Below are positions 46,780 through 58,296 of a stretch of 64,000 nucleotides of DNA, piece by piece (the stretch's first letter is position 1; each line of letters opens with the position of its first letter). Below the pieces are notes generated by a model. That model ran no database searches, was not told the origin of the DNA, and saw nothing but the letters and a program-made list of their open reading frames with translations. Source of the DNA: Nodosilinea sp. (GTDB taxonomy: Bacteria; Cyanobacteriota; Cyanobacteriia; Phormidesmidales; Phormidesmidaceae). The translations under genes were made by a program, and so were the position numbers. The DNA lies in assembly GCA_049646445.1 (NCBI GenBank), contig JBARVV010000042.1, positions 11,368 through 75,367 of the forward strand. Direction: 5' to 3'.

Positions 46780-47034
46780 GGTGAATCTCCAAGATTTTGG
46801 GTAGCTCGATCGGGGGTTCGAGGATTACGTCTACGGACTGTATCACAAGCTGAATTCAAAATGAATCCTAATTCATTCTCAAAACTTGTGCAGTTTAATT
46901 CGAGATAGATTTAGCAAAGATCGTGCTTTAATTGCAGGGAAGCACTGTTGCTGACTTAGGGGCTGCAAGGCTCCAGCCCGGTATCTGCTTAGCGAGCGCT
47001 GGTTGAGCTGCACTGTAGATTTTGGAAAATACCC

Positions 47035-48066
47035 GTGGGAATTAAAGTCGAAAATGTTTCGAAGCGGTTTGGAGAATTTCAGGCCCTCAAACCCATCGAT
47101 CTTGAGGTTAAGACCGGCTCTCTGGTCGCCCTGCTGGGGCCATCGGGGTCGGGCAAGTCAACCCTGCTGCGGGTAATTGCCGGTCTAGAGCAGCCCGACA
47201 CCGGCAGAATCTACCTCTCGGCCCAGGATGCCACCGCCAAGACAGTGCAAGACCGCCAGGTGGGCTTTGTGTTTCAGCACTACGCGCTGTTTAAGCACCT
47301 CACCGTGCGCAAAAACATTGGCTTTGCCCTGGAGCTGCAAAAGTGGCCCAAAGACCGGATTAAAAACCGGGTGGATATGCTGCTGGAGCTGGTGCAGCTG
47401 GGGGGCTTGGGCGATCGCTACCCCGCCCAGCTCTCGGGCGGACAGCGGCAGCGGGTGGCGCTGGCTCGGGCGCTGGCGATCGAGCCCCAGGTGCTGCTGC
47501 TCGACGAACCCTTTGGTGCCCTCGATGCCAAGGTACGCAAAGATCTGCGCGACTGGCTGCGCCGCCTCCACAACGACGTGCACGTCACCACGGTCTTCGT
47601 CACCCACGACCAGGAAGAGGCGATGGAAATTGCCGACGAAATTGTGGTGATGAGCCACGGGCGGGTCGAGCAGGTTGGCTCTCCGGCAGAGGTCTACGAG
47701 CACCCGGCCACCCCCTTCGTCATGAGTTTCATCGGGGCCGTCAACGTGCTCTCCCCCGACAGCACCTGGAAGTCGCTACACCACGATGCCCCCGCCCACG
47801 GCGAGGTCTTTTTGCGGCCCCACGATATTGAGCTCTTTGTCGACCACCAGCCCAGCAGCGCTGCCGCCACGGTCAACCACATTATTCACCTGGGCTGGAC
47901 CATTCGCATCGAGCTGACCCTCGACGACGGCCACCCGATCACGGCCCACATCAACCGTGAGCAGTACAGCGACCTGGGCATCGAGCCAGGGCAGACGGTT
48001 TACCTGAAAGCCAGGGCTGTTCGAAGTTTTGCCCCGGCCCCGAGCTATGCTGCGTCCGTATCGTAG
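47035..48066 (+). CDS. cysA: Sulfate ABC transporter ATP-binding protein CysA
   Basis: Walker [10 protein letters not shown], signature LSGGQRQR, Walker B LLLDEPF and a C-terminal TOBE-like regulatory domain. GTG start. Divergent from sbpA. Confidence 0.9.
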   Translation: MGIKVENVSKRFGEFQALKPIDLEVKTGSLVALLGPSGSGKSTLLRVIAGLEQPDTGRIYLSAQDATAKTVQDRQVGFVFQHYALFKHLTVRKNIGFALELQKWPKDRIKNRVDMLLELVQLGGLGDRYPAQLSGGQRQRVALARALAIEPQVLLLDEPFGALDAKVRKDLRDWLRRLHNDVHVTTVFVTHDQEEAMEIADEIVVMSHGRVEQVGSPAEVYEHPATPFVMSFIGAVNVLSPDSTWKSLHHDAPAHGEVFLRPHDIELFVDHQPSSAAATVNHIIHLGWTIRIELTLDDGHPITAHINREQYSDLGIEPGQTVYLKARAVRSFAPAPSYAASVS

Positions 48067-48111
48067 AACTCGCTCAGTCAGGTGTACATTGCAAATTACA
48101 GAACTGTTAAT

Positions 48112-48265
48112 CCTTGAGAAAAGCGCCCTGAGGTCTGCCTCAAATCCACCGCGGGCCTGGGCCTCAGCCTGGCCCGCGAAATTGCCCGCGCCTATGGGGC
48201 GGCGACCTGGTGTTAGCCCCCAGTGCGCCTGGCGAAGCCAGGTTTAGTCTGCACCTGCCATTCGC
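48112..48265 (+). pseudogene. Relic of the extreme C-terminus of a histidine kinase (G2 box onward), frameshifted
   Basis: Frame 1 reads ..KSTAGLGLSLAREIARAYG and then hits a stop. After a frameshift near 48196 the sequence reads GDLVLAPSAPGEARFSLHLPF. There is no upstream HisKA or N-box. Confidence 0.55.
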
Positions 48266-48432
48266 TAAGCCACATTGTTCTACGGGCAGAGAAATATTAG
48301 AGTTATGTAAACAACTGTTAACAAAGGTATAGACTAAGTCAAGGAATACGCTCCACTATTAGCTTGATCTCGGGCTGTCGGTGGGTTGCCTTCGTCGTTG
48401 TGGTCAATGTCATGTTTTTACGACAAGTCAGT

Positions 48433-49224
48433 ATGAGAAACGCGCTAAACGTTTTAGTCATTTGTGTCATCAGCCTTTGCGCCTGGCTGCCTATGGCACC
48501 GGCCCTGGCCTACGACAACCCCGAACTGCTGCCCGAAAGTCAGACCGCCATTATCGATCTAGCCCGGTCGCTCAGCTCCCGCCAAGAAGAAGACCTAGAC
48601 TCCCAGCTCAACCAGTTCGAGACCGAAACCGGCTGGAAGCTGCGGGTGCTAACCCAGTACGACCAGACCCCAGGCCGCGCCGTCAAAGACTTTTGGGGCC
48701 TCGACGATCGCAGCATTATGCTAGTGGCCGACCCTCGGGGCGGCAATCTGCTCAACTTTAGCGTCGGCGATGCCGTCTTTGACCTGCTGCCCCGCACCTT
48801 TTGGATTGAGCTGCAAACTCGCTACGGCAACCAGTTCTTTGTGCGCGAAAACGGCGAAGACAACTCTATTCTCAGCGCCCTAGAGTCGATTCAGGGCTGC
48901 CTGCGCCAGGGCGGCTGCAACGTGGTGCCCGGTCTGCCCCAGGAGCAGTGGGTGTTAACCCTAATTACCTCCGTGGTGGGCGGGGTAATCTGCGGATTTG
49001 CCGCTCACCCTCGCAAACCCGGCCAGATTTTAGCCTGGCAGTGGGTGCTAATTTTTTCGCCCCTGTGGGGAATTTTGTTCTTTGCCTTTGGTCTTGGCCC
49101 CGTGGTAACTCGCACCAGCGATTGGTTGCCCCTCACCCGCAATGTTTCTGGCTTCTTGATTGGAGCGCTGGTCGCTTACCTAACCCCGGCGTTCGGTGGC
49201 CAGGCCCCCAATTCGGAAACCTAA
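48433..49224 (+). CDS. TPM-domain membrane protein (Psb32/TLP18.3-like family)
   Basis: Signal/TM segment, then a TPM-like region (IIDLARSLSSRQEEDLDSQLNQFETETGWKLRVLT) and three C-terminal TM helices. The ORF is open from 48364; I prefer the ATG at 48433. Confidence 0.6.
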   Translation: MRNALNVLVICVISLCAWLPMAPALAYDNPELLPESQTAIIDLARSLSSRQEEDLDSQLNQFETETGWKLRVLTQYDQTPGRAVKDFWGLDDRSIMLVADPRGGNLLNFSVGDAVFDLLPRTFWIELQTRYGNQFFVRENGEDNSILSALESIQGCLRQGGCNVVPGLPQEQWVLTLITSVVGGVICGFAAHPRKPGQILAWQWVLIFSPLWGILFFAFGLGPVVTRTSDWLPLTRNVSGFLIGALVAYLTPAFGGQAPNSET

Positions 49225-49344
49225 CGGTTAGCCGTTCTGCAAAGTTTCGTTTGGGCGCTGTTCGAGTAGAACAGCGCCCATTCTGTTTGAGGCGGCATGA
49301 AGATCCAGTTTGAATCAATATCCGTAGAAACGTTCGTTTAACAC

Positions 49345-49450
49345 GAAATCCGATTTGGTAAACCCCGCTTCATAATCACGAACCCCGTAGGGGCTTAGCA
49401 TGCTAAGCCCCTACAAACCGGGGGTATTCAGTCAGGATTTGGTAAGCCGC
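49345..49450 (-). repeat. MITE-like palindromic repeat, family R3 (copy 2, inverted relative to copy 1)
   Basis: Central palindrome gtaggggcttagcatgctaagcccctac (49387-49414), flanked by gatttggtaa(a/g)cc repeats. Confidence 0.6.
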
Positions 49451-49481
49451 TGGCGGAGCCTTTGTTCAAAGCGCTAAGGCC

Positions 49482-51728
<2,247 letters not shown>

Positions 51729-51920
51729 CCTTACATTTTGAGACTGAATGTGCCTGTTGCGACGGGGTAAACGAGGGGGTCGGCGGAAGAAAGCCTTAAG
51801 GATTTGACCTCAGGACGTGAGAAACCTCATCGTAACTTTCGTTTTGGTGCAGCCCCGACATACGCTAGAGTTCCTTCAGATTTGTCGTTGCCCCCTCTGT
51901 TGTTACTTTAGAGAACGCCC

Positions 51921-54900
51921 ATGCATCGCTTAGCGGCCACCCCCGGCGGCTGGACTCCCGATACCGAGGGCGTGATTTTTGTTGAGCAAACCCCGGCTCC
52001 GCTGGTATTTTTAACCGCCGCCGATACCGATATTCAAAGCCTCAGCCGGGCCAGGTTTCCGACGGGTTTCCCGGCTCTGCGGGTGGCCAGCCTGCTACAG
52101 CTTCAGCAGCAGCTCGCCATCGACACCTACGCCGACGACGTGCTGCGCCCCGCCCAGCTGATCGTGGTGCGCCTGCTGGGGGGCCGTGCCTACTGGCCCT
52201 ACGGCCTGGAGGTCGTGCGCGAGGTCGCTGCCGACACCGGAGCCGCCCTGATTGTGCTGCCCGGCGACGATCGCCCCGCCCCCGATTTAATCAGCCACTC
52301 GACAGTGCCGCTGACGGTAGCCAACCAGCTGTGGCGCTACCTCAACGAAGGCGGCATTGAGAATATGGCGAATGGTCTGATGTGGGCCTGCGATCGCACC
52401 CTCAGCACCACCTACCACCCCCCCGCCCCCCAGCCCATCCCCAAAGTCGGCATCTATCCATCCGCTCCTCTCCCCATCCCCCCATCCCCGCCGCATTCTC
52501 GCTCTAAGATCGGCCTCCTCTTCTACCGCGCCCACTACCTAGCGGGCAATACCGCCCCCATCGACGCCCTTTGCGCCGCCCTAGCCCAGCGGGGGCTAGC
52601 GCCGCTGCCGGTGTTTGTGTCGTCGCTGCAAGACCCCGACGTGCAGGCAGAATTGGTTGACCTACTCAAGCCGAAGGATACTGAGGGCATTGAACTGCTG
52701 CTGAATACCACCAGCTTTTCGGTGGCCAAGCTCGACGGGGCCACCCCCAACCTTGCCCTCTGGGAACGACTGGATGTGCCGGTGCTTCAGGTGATTCTCA
52801 GCGGCGGCACCGAGGCGGCCTGGGCTAGCCAAACCCTGGGCCTGTCGCCCCGCGACATTGCCATGAATGTGGCCTTGCCCGAGGTGGACGGGCGGATTAT
52901 TACCCGCGCTGTATCGTTTAAGGCGACCAACCAGCGCAGCGAGGCGCTGGAGACCGACGTGGTTACCTACAAACCCGTGGCCGATCGCATCGAATTTGTC
53001 GCCGACCTGGCCGCCCAGTGGGCCAGCCTGCGCCGCACCCCCGCGCGCGATCGCCGCATTGCCCTGATTCTGGCCAACTACCCCAACCGCGATGGCCGCC
53101 TCGCCAATGGGGTTGGCCTCGATACGCCCCAGAGTGCGATCGAGGTTCTCCATGCCCTCAAGGCCGCTGGCTACGCCGTCGGCAACATCCCTACCGATGG
53201 CGACGAGCTGATTCGCCAGCTCACCGCCGGGGTGACCAACGACCCTGAGGGCCGCGATTTTCGCGAAGTTCGCCAGTCCCTTTCTATAGCCGATTACCTG
53301 GAGCATTTTGATGCTCTGCCGGAAGCGGTGCGGGCGGGGATGAGCGATCGCTGGGGCGATCCTGGGCTAGATGAAGGGGGGAGGGGGAGCGGGGGAGCGG
53401 GGGAGCGGGAAAGACTGGGGCCAGGGTATCTAGACTATGCCGTTGCCGGGTTGCAGCTGGGGAATGTCTTTGTTGGTGTGCAGCCCAGCCGGGGCTACGA
53501 CCTGGATCCTTCGCTCAACTACCACTCCCCCGACCTGGAGCCGACCCACGACTACTTCGCCTTTTACACCTGGCTCAGGCACAGCTTTGAGGCCCAGGCG
53601 ATGGTGCATTTGGGCAAGCACGGCAATTTAGAATGGCTGCCCGGCAAGGGCGTGGGCCTGTCGCAGAACTGCTACCCCGAAGCCATGCTCGGCCCCATGC
53701 CGCACCTGTACCCGTTCATCGTCAACGACCCCGGCGAGGGCTCCCAGGCCAAGCGCCGTGCCCAGGCGGTGATTCTCGACCACCTCACCCCGCCGCTGAC
53801 CCGCGCCGAACTCTACGGCCCGCTGGAAAAGCTGGAAGGGCTAGTAGACGAATACTACGAAGCCCAAAGCCTGGACCCGAGTCGGCTGGCGCTGATCGGC
53901 GATCGCATTCTCACCCTCCTCAACGACACTCACCTACTAGCCGATCTCACCCAACCACCCATCCACCCACCCAACCACCCAACCACTCCCCCCCTCCCCA
54001 CCCTCCTCCCCACCCTCGATACCTATCTCTGCGATCTCAAAGAGGCCCAAATTCGCGACGGCCTGCACATTTTTGGCCAGTGCCCTAGCGGCAGACAGCT
54101 GCGGGACTTGATCGTGGCGATCGCCCGCCACCCCGGCCCCAGTCGCCAGGGGCTGACCCGCGCCATTGCCGAAGCCTGGGGCCTCGACCTCGACCCCCTT
54201 ACCGCTGATCCAGGTGAGCGCTTTACCGCCCTGGCCAACTGCCGCATTGTCGGCGATGCGATCGAGGCCCTAGAAGAGGAAGCCTCTCGCTTGGTGGAAG
54301 GGTTATTGGCAGAAACCACTGCCCCGAGCCACCCTCACCCTAGTCCTCTCCCAAGGGGAGAGGGAACCGGAAGCGGCTCTAGCTCCCCTCTGCCTCAGGG
54401 AGAGGGGCTGGGGGTGGGGGCGACTGCCCTCGCTAACGAACTCCACTGGGTTCAATTGTTTCTTCTGCCTGCCCTCACGCGCACCACCGACGAAATCGCC
54501 AACCTGCTGGCGGGCCTCGCTGGGCGCTACGTACCCAGTGGCCCGGCGGGAGCGCCCAGCCGCAACCGACCCGACGTGCTGCCTACGGGGCGCAACTTTT
54601 TCTCGGTTGATATTCGCGCCATCCCCACTGAGAGCGCTTGGGATGTGGGACGGCGGGCAGCGGAAGTCTTGGTAGAGCAGTACACCCAGGATCACGGAGA
54701 GTACCCCCAAACCCTGGGCCTGTCGGTGTGGGGCACCTCGACCATGCGTACCGGGGGCGACGATTTGGCCGAAGCCCTAGCGCTGATGGGGGTGCGCCCG
54801 GTGTGGGATGGCCCCTCGCGGCGAGTGGTCGATTTTGAAGTGTTGCCGCTGTCGGCACTGGGGCGGCCCAGGGTTGATGTCACCCTCCGAATTTCAGGCT

Positions 54901-55799
54901 TTTTTAGGGATGCGTTCCCTAACTTGATTGACCTGTTCGACCAGGCCGTAGCGGCGGTGGCAGCGCTGGCAGAACCGCCGGAGCAAAATCCTTTGGCCGA
55001 TCGGGTGCGGCAGGAGAGCGAGGATTGGCAGCGCCAGGGGCTAACGGCGGAGCAGGCAGAGCAGCGATCGCGCTACCGTATCTTTGGCTCTAAGCCGGGG
55101 GCTTACGGAGCCGGATTGCAGGGGCTAATCGAGTCGCAAAACTGGACCACCGATGAGGATCTAGCTCGCGCCTACCTGAACTGGAGCGGCTACGCTTACG
55201 GGCGCAACGCCCAGGGTCACGCCATGCCCGAGGCCTTTGAGCAGCGGCTGCGCCACCTGCAGGTAGTGCTCCACAACCAGGATAACCGTGAGCACGACCT
55301 GCTCGATTCTGACGACTACTACCAGTTTCAGGGGGGGATGACGGTGGCTGCTAGAACCCTCCAGGGCCAGCAGCCCGCCACCTACTTTGGCGATAATGCG
55401 GTGACGGCCCAGCCCAAGGTGCGATCGCTGGCCGCTGAAATTGCCAAGGTCTACCGCTCGCGCGTGGTCAACCCCAAGTGGATTGAGGGAGTCATGCGCC
55501 ACGGCTACAAGGGAGCCTTTGAGATGGCCGCCACCGTCGATTATCTGTTTGCCTACGATGCCACCACCCGCTGCGTCGCTGACCACATGTATGAAGGGGT
55601 AGCCCAGGTCTACGTACTAGATTCGACCGTCCAGGCTTTCGTGCAAAACTCAAACCCCTGGGCGTTGCGCGATATGGCCGAACGATTACTGGAGGCCAAT
55701 CAGCGCGGTCTGTGGCAGTCGGCCACCGAAACCACGCTCGATGCCCTGCGGCAAATCGCCAACGAGGCCGAGGGAGTGCTAGAGGCGCGGCAGTCGTAG
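51921..55799 (+). CDS. cobN: Cobaltochelatase subunit CobN
   Basis: 1292 aa with the N-terminus MHRLAATPGGWTPDTEGVIFVEQTPAPLVFLTAADTDIQ and FYRAHYLAGNTAPIDAL, typical of CobN. CobN/Mg-chelatase family motifs run throughout. Confidence 0.85.
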   Translation: MHRLAATPGGWTPDTEGVIFVEQTPAPLVFLTAADTDIQSLSRARFPTGFPALRVASLLQLQQQLAIDTYADDVLRPAQLIVVRLLGGRAYWPYGLEVVREVAADTGAALIVLPGDDRPAPDLISHSTVPLTVANQLWRYLNEGGIENMANGLMWACDRTLSTTYHPPAPQPIPKVGIYPSAPLPIPPSPPHSRSKIGLLFYRAHYLAGNTAPIDALCAALAQRGLAPLPVFVSSLQDPDVQAELVDLLKPKDTEGIELLLNTTSFSVAKLDGATPNLALWERLDVPVLQVILSGGTEAAWASQTLGLSPRDIAMNVALPEVDGRIITRAVSFKATNQRSEALETDVVTYKPVADRIEFVADLAAQWASLRRTPARDRRIALILANYPNRDGRLANGVGLDTPQSAIEVLHALKAAGYAVGNIPTDGDELIRQLTAGVTNDPEGRDFREVRQSLSIADYLEHFDALPEAVRAGMSDRWGDPGLDEGGRGSGGAGERERLGPGYLDYAVAGLQLGNVFVGVQPSRGYDLDPSLNYHSPDLEPTHDYFAFYTWLRHSFEAQAMVHLGKHGNLEWLPGKGVGLSQNCYPEAMLGPMPHLYPFIVNDPGEGSQAKRRAQAVILDHLTPPLTRAELYGPLEKLEGLVDEYYEAQSLDPSRLALIGDRILTLLNDTHLLADLTQPPIHPPNHPTTPPLPTLLPTLDTYLCDLKEAQIRDGLHIFGQCPSGRQLRDLIVAIARHPGPSRQGLTRAIAEAWGLDLDPLTADPGERFTALANCRIVGDAIEALEEEASRLVEGLLAETTAPSHPHPSPLPRGEGTGSGSSSPLPQGEGLGVGATALANELHWVQLFLLPALTRTTDEIANLLAGLAGRYVPSGPAGAPSRNRPDVLPTGRNFFSVDIRAIPTESAWDVGRRAAEVLVEQYTQDHGEYPQTLGLSVWGTSTMRTGGDDLAEALALMGVRPVWDGPSRRVVDFEVLPLSALGRPRVDVTLRISGFFRDAFPNLIDLFDQAVAAVAALAEPPEQNPLADRVRQESEDWQRQGLTAEQAEQRSRYRIFGSKPGAYGAGLQGLIESQNWTTDEDLARAYLNWSGYAYGRNAQGHAMPEAFEQRLRHLQVVLHNQDNREHDLLDSDDYYQFQGGMTVAARTLQGQQPATYFGDNAVTAQPKVRSLAAEIAKVYRSRVVNPKWIEGVMRHGYKGAFEMAATVDYLFAYDATTRCVADHMYEGVAQVYVLDSTVQAFVQNSNPWALRDMAERLLEANQRGLWQSATETTLDALRQIANEAEGVLEARQS

Positions 55800-55837
55800 G
55801 GGCATTCGCAGATTGCTGCATTATTCCCGATGGCCAG

Positions 55838-56272
55838 CTACTCCACCGCCAGCGATACCCGGTTGCCGCCGATCGCCCGCAGGTCGGTCAGCAGGCCCGA
55901 GACCTGGCTGTAGGTCAGCTCGCGATCGGCCTTGAGCACCAGCTTGCCGCTGGGGTTTTGGTCAAAGTAGGTGCGCACCCGCAGGCTGAGCTGGGTGAAG
56001 GTAATTGGCTCGTTTTCGAGCACCAGGTTGCCGTCTTTATCAAGGCCCACCACCAGGGCGTCGACCTGCATCACCTGAGGCTCTGCGGTCGCCCCATCGC
56101 CAGCGACCGACTGGGGCAGGCGCACGTTGAGCAGCTGTTGCCCAGTCAGACTCATTGAAATAATGATGAAGAAGGTCAGCACCGTCATCAGCACGTCCAT
56201 CATGGGGACGAGGTTGACCTCGGGCACTTGCGCATTGATCTGACGACGGCGGCGAGAACGCATGGCATTCAA
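55838..56272 (-). CDS. exbD: ExbD/TolR-family biopolymer transport protein
   Basis: INAQVPEVNLVPMMDVLMTVLTFFII is the ExbD N-terminal TM signature, followed by a periplasmic domain. Length is 144 aa. Confidence 0.8.
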   Translation of the reverse strand: MNAMRSRRRRQINAQVPEVNLVPMMDVLMTVLTFFIIISMSLTGQQLLNVRLPQSVAGDGATAEPQVMQVDALVVGLDKDGNLVLENEPITFTQLSLRVRTYFDQNPSGKLVLKADRELTYSQVSGLLTDLRAIGGNRVSLAVE

Positions 56273-56452
56273 CAGAAAAGGGCACAGAAAGCAGGGCTTT
56301 AAGCCGGTCTAAAGCTAGCTCAGAGGCCGCTTAAAAATGATCCTAAAAGCCGTCATCCGACTTCTGGTAATGCCATTAGTATAGGGCCAACCTGGGGTGG
56401 CCAAGGGGAGTGATACCCCTCAAAACCCCAAAACTGGAGCAGGGGGTCTAGA

Positions 56453-58201
56453 GTGCTCAAGAATAATGTCAGGCATAGGATTAAAGATAAATTCAAAGAT
56501 GGTTTTAAGCTAATTTCCCTGCTGTTTTGGCGGTTGATGCGGCAGCCCTGGCTCTGGCTGCTGCTGTGGGTAGCGCCGCTGCTGGCGCTCAATAGCCCTC
56601 AGCAAAGTCTGTTAGCACCCACCGAGAGCATCTACGCCCAGCAGGCCTGGGAAATGCTGAGCTACAACAACTGGATTGGCCTGGGCTGGTGGGGCACGCC
56701 CCAGTTCGATCGCCTGCCGGGGCTGCATTGGCTAATGGCGCTGAGCTACCACTGGTTTGGCCGCAGTGAACTGGCCGCGCGGCTACCCAGTATGGTTGCA
56801 GGGGCGATCGCCATTTGGCTGACCTGGCGACTGGGCCAGCGGTTGGGCCAGCCTCAAGGCCCGATCCAGGTAGGGCTTTGGGGCGCGGGTATTTTTGCGG
56901 TCATGCCGCTGTGGATGCAGGCTACTAAGCTGGCCACCCCCGATGCGCTGCTGGTCAGCCTCACCCTGCTCGCCATTTGGGCACTGCTGCACAGCGAAGA
57001 TCACCCCACCCAGCGAGTGGGCTGGGGCATGGTGGCAGGCATAGCCCTGAGCTTCGGTTTTTTGGCCCAGGGAACACTGGTCGCCTTGCCCGTGGTGGCG
57101 CTTTTGCCCTACCTGATGCGGAGCCACAAAACCCACCGCCACCTGACCAACCTTGGCCTGTACTACGGGCTGGCTTTTGGTGCCGTACCTGCGGCAATCT
57201 GGCTAGTTCGCAGCGTGGCCCGCTACGGCAATTTGCCGCTGCACCAACTCTCAGCACACCTGACGGCCCAGCTCAATGGCCAGCTCTATGGGCTGGGCGT
57301 GGCCCCTCAAGCGGTAGGCCTGTTTCGGCTAGCTCCAAGGTCTACTCTAGAGGCCACCTACTATCTGTGGCACCTGCCTCTGGTGACCTTTCCCTGGGTG
57401 GGGTTTGCCCTGGTAGGGGCGTGGCTGGTGGGGCGCGATCGCAGCCTAGGCCGCCGCACTCTGTGGCTAGGCTATCCAGCGGTGCTGGTGGGGATCCTGA
57501 GCCTGTTAAACATTCGGGCTGGGTTTGAAGACTTGCTGGTCTATCCCTTTATCGCCCTGCTGGCGGCGGCGGGGCTAAACCACCTGGGGCGGCTGTTTCG
57601 TTCCAGAGCTTTGCGGCGCTACCGGGTGGCGGTGGGCCTGAGCTGGGTGGCGGGAGTGGTGGGCATTTTGCTGATGTCGGCAGGGGCCGCCATGCTGATT
57701 ACCCCCGGCGAGCTAATTGCCGCCGACCTGCGCCCCTACGGCTGGCTGGGGGTGGCGGGTGGGCTAGGCCTGCTGCTGCCGTGGCTGATGGTGCTCAACC
57801 GTCGCGGGCGGGTGAGCCAGCCGCAGCAGCGGCTGTGGCAGTGGGGCTGGTTGCTAGGGCCGTGGCTGGCCATCATGGCCGCCTTTGCAACGGGCATCTT
57901 TGGCGACTACAGTAGCGACGTTAAACTGGCCCTGCAAACGCCGCCTGTTATGGAGATTTTGGCGCACAACTCGGTGCATATGGTGCAGCCCAGGCAGGAT
58001 AGCCTGCCCATTTTGCTCACGGTCTACACGCCCCACCTGGGCAAGCCCCTGGGCAACTGGAGCCAGATCCCGTCTGAGGGCTACGCCTGGGGAAACCCTG
58101 ACGCAGTGCCGTTGAGCGAGGGCTATGAGGTGATCGCCACGGTTGAAGACTGGCAGCTGGTACGGGCTCCGCTGCTGCCTGCGGCGATACCGAGGGGGTG
58201 A
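56453..58201 (+). CDS. Glycosyltransferase family 39 (ArnT/PMT-like, lipid-carrier-dependent)
   Basis: Polytopic membrane protein with an N-terminal region typical of PMT_2/ArnT-like enzymes (..YAQQAWEML..W..G..RLPGLHWLMALSY..FG.SELAARLPS). The start is uncertain (GTG 56453). Confidence 0.7.
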   Translation: MLKNNVRHRIKDKFKDGFKLISLLFWRLMRQPWLWLLLWVAPLLALNSPQQSLLAPTESIYAQQAWEMLSYNNWIGLGWWGTPQFDRLPGLHWLMALSYHWFGRSELAARLPSMVAGAIAIWLTWRLGQRLGQPQGPIQVGLWGAGIFAVMPLWMQATKLATPDALLVSLTLLAIWALLHSEDHPTQRVGWGMVAGIALSFGFLAQGTLVALPVVALLPYLMRSHKTHRHLTNLGLYYGLAFGAVPAAIWLVRSVARYGNLPLHQLSAHLTAQLNGQLYGLGVAPQAVGLFRLAPRSTLEATYYLWHLPLVTFPWVGFALVGAWLVGRDRSLGRRTLWLGYPAVLVGILSLLNIRAGFEDLLVYPFIALLAAAGLNHLGRLFRSRALRRYRVAVGLSWVAGVVGILLMSAGAAMLITPGELIAADLRPYGWLGVAGGLGLLLPWLMVLNRRGRVSQPQQRLWQWGWLLGPWLAIMAAFATGIFGDYSSDVKLALQTPPVMEILAHNSVHMVQPRQDSLPILLTVYTPHLGKPLGNWSQIPSEGYAWGNPDAVPLSEGYEVIATVEDWQLVRAPLLPAAIPRG

Positions 58202-58296
58202 GGGGGCGGGTAGATGGGCTGATGGGCAGGCGGTTTGGGAATGGCGCTAGAAAGAATCCCTTGAAATAGGGGCTGCAAAGGATTTGAGGGCGATCG

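Noticed and set aside
51729-51920. Possible cobalamin riboswitch upstream of cobN
   Set aside because: I looked for the conserved B12-box and the GGTG..GGGAA..CCG-type core and did not find them. The region shows no convincing match by eye. An Infernal/Rfam scan would be decisive.
52662-53306. 214-aa minus-strand ORF inside cobN; also 39172-39732 (186 aa) inside the 1583-aa kinase and 47185-47703 (172 aa) inside cysA
   Set aside because: All three are antisense to confidently identified genes, and their composition is typical of GC-rich shadow ORFs.
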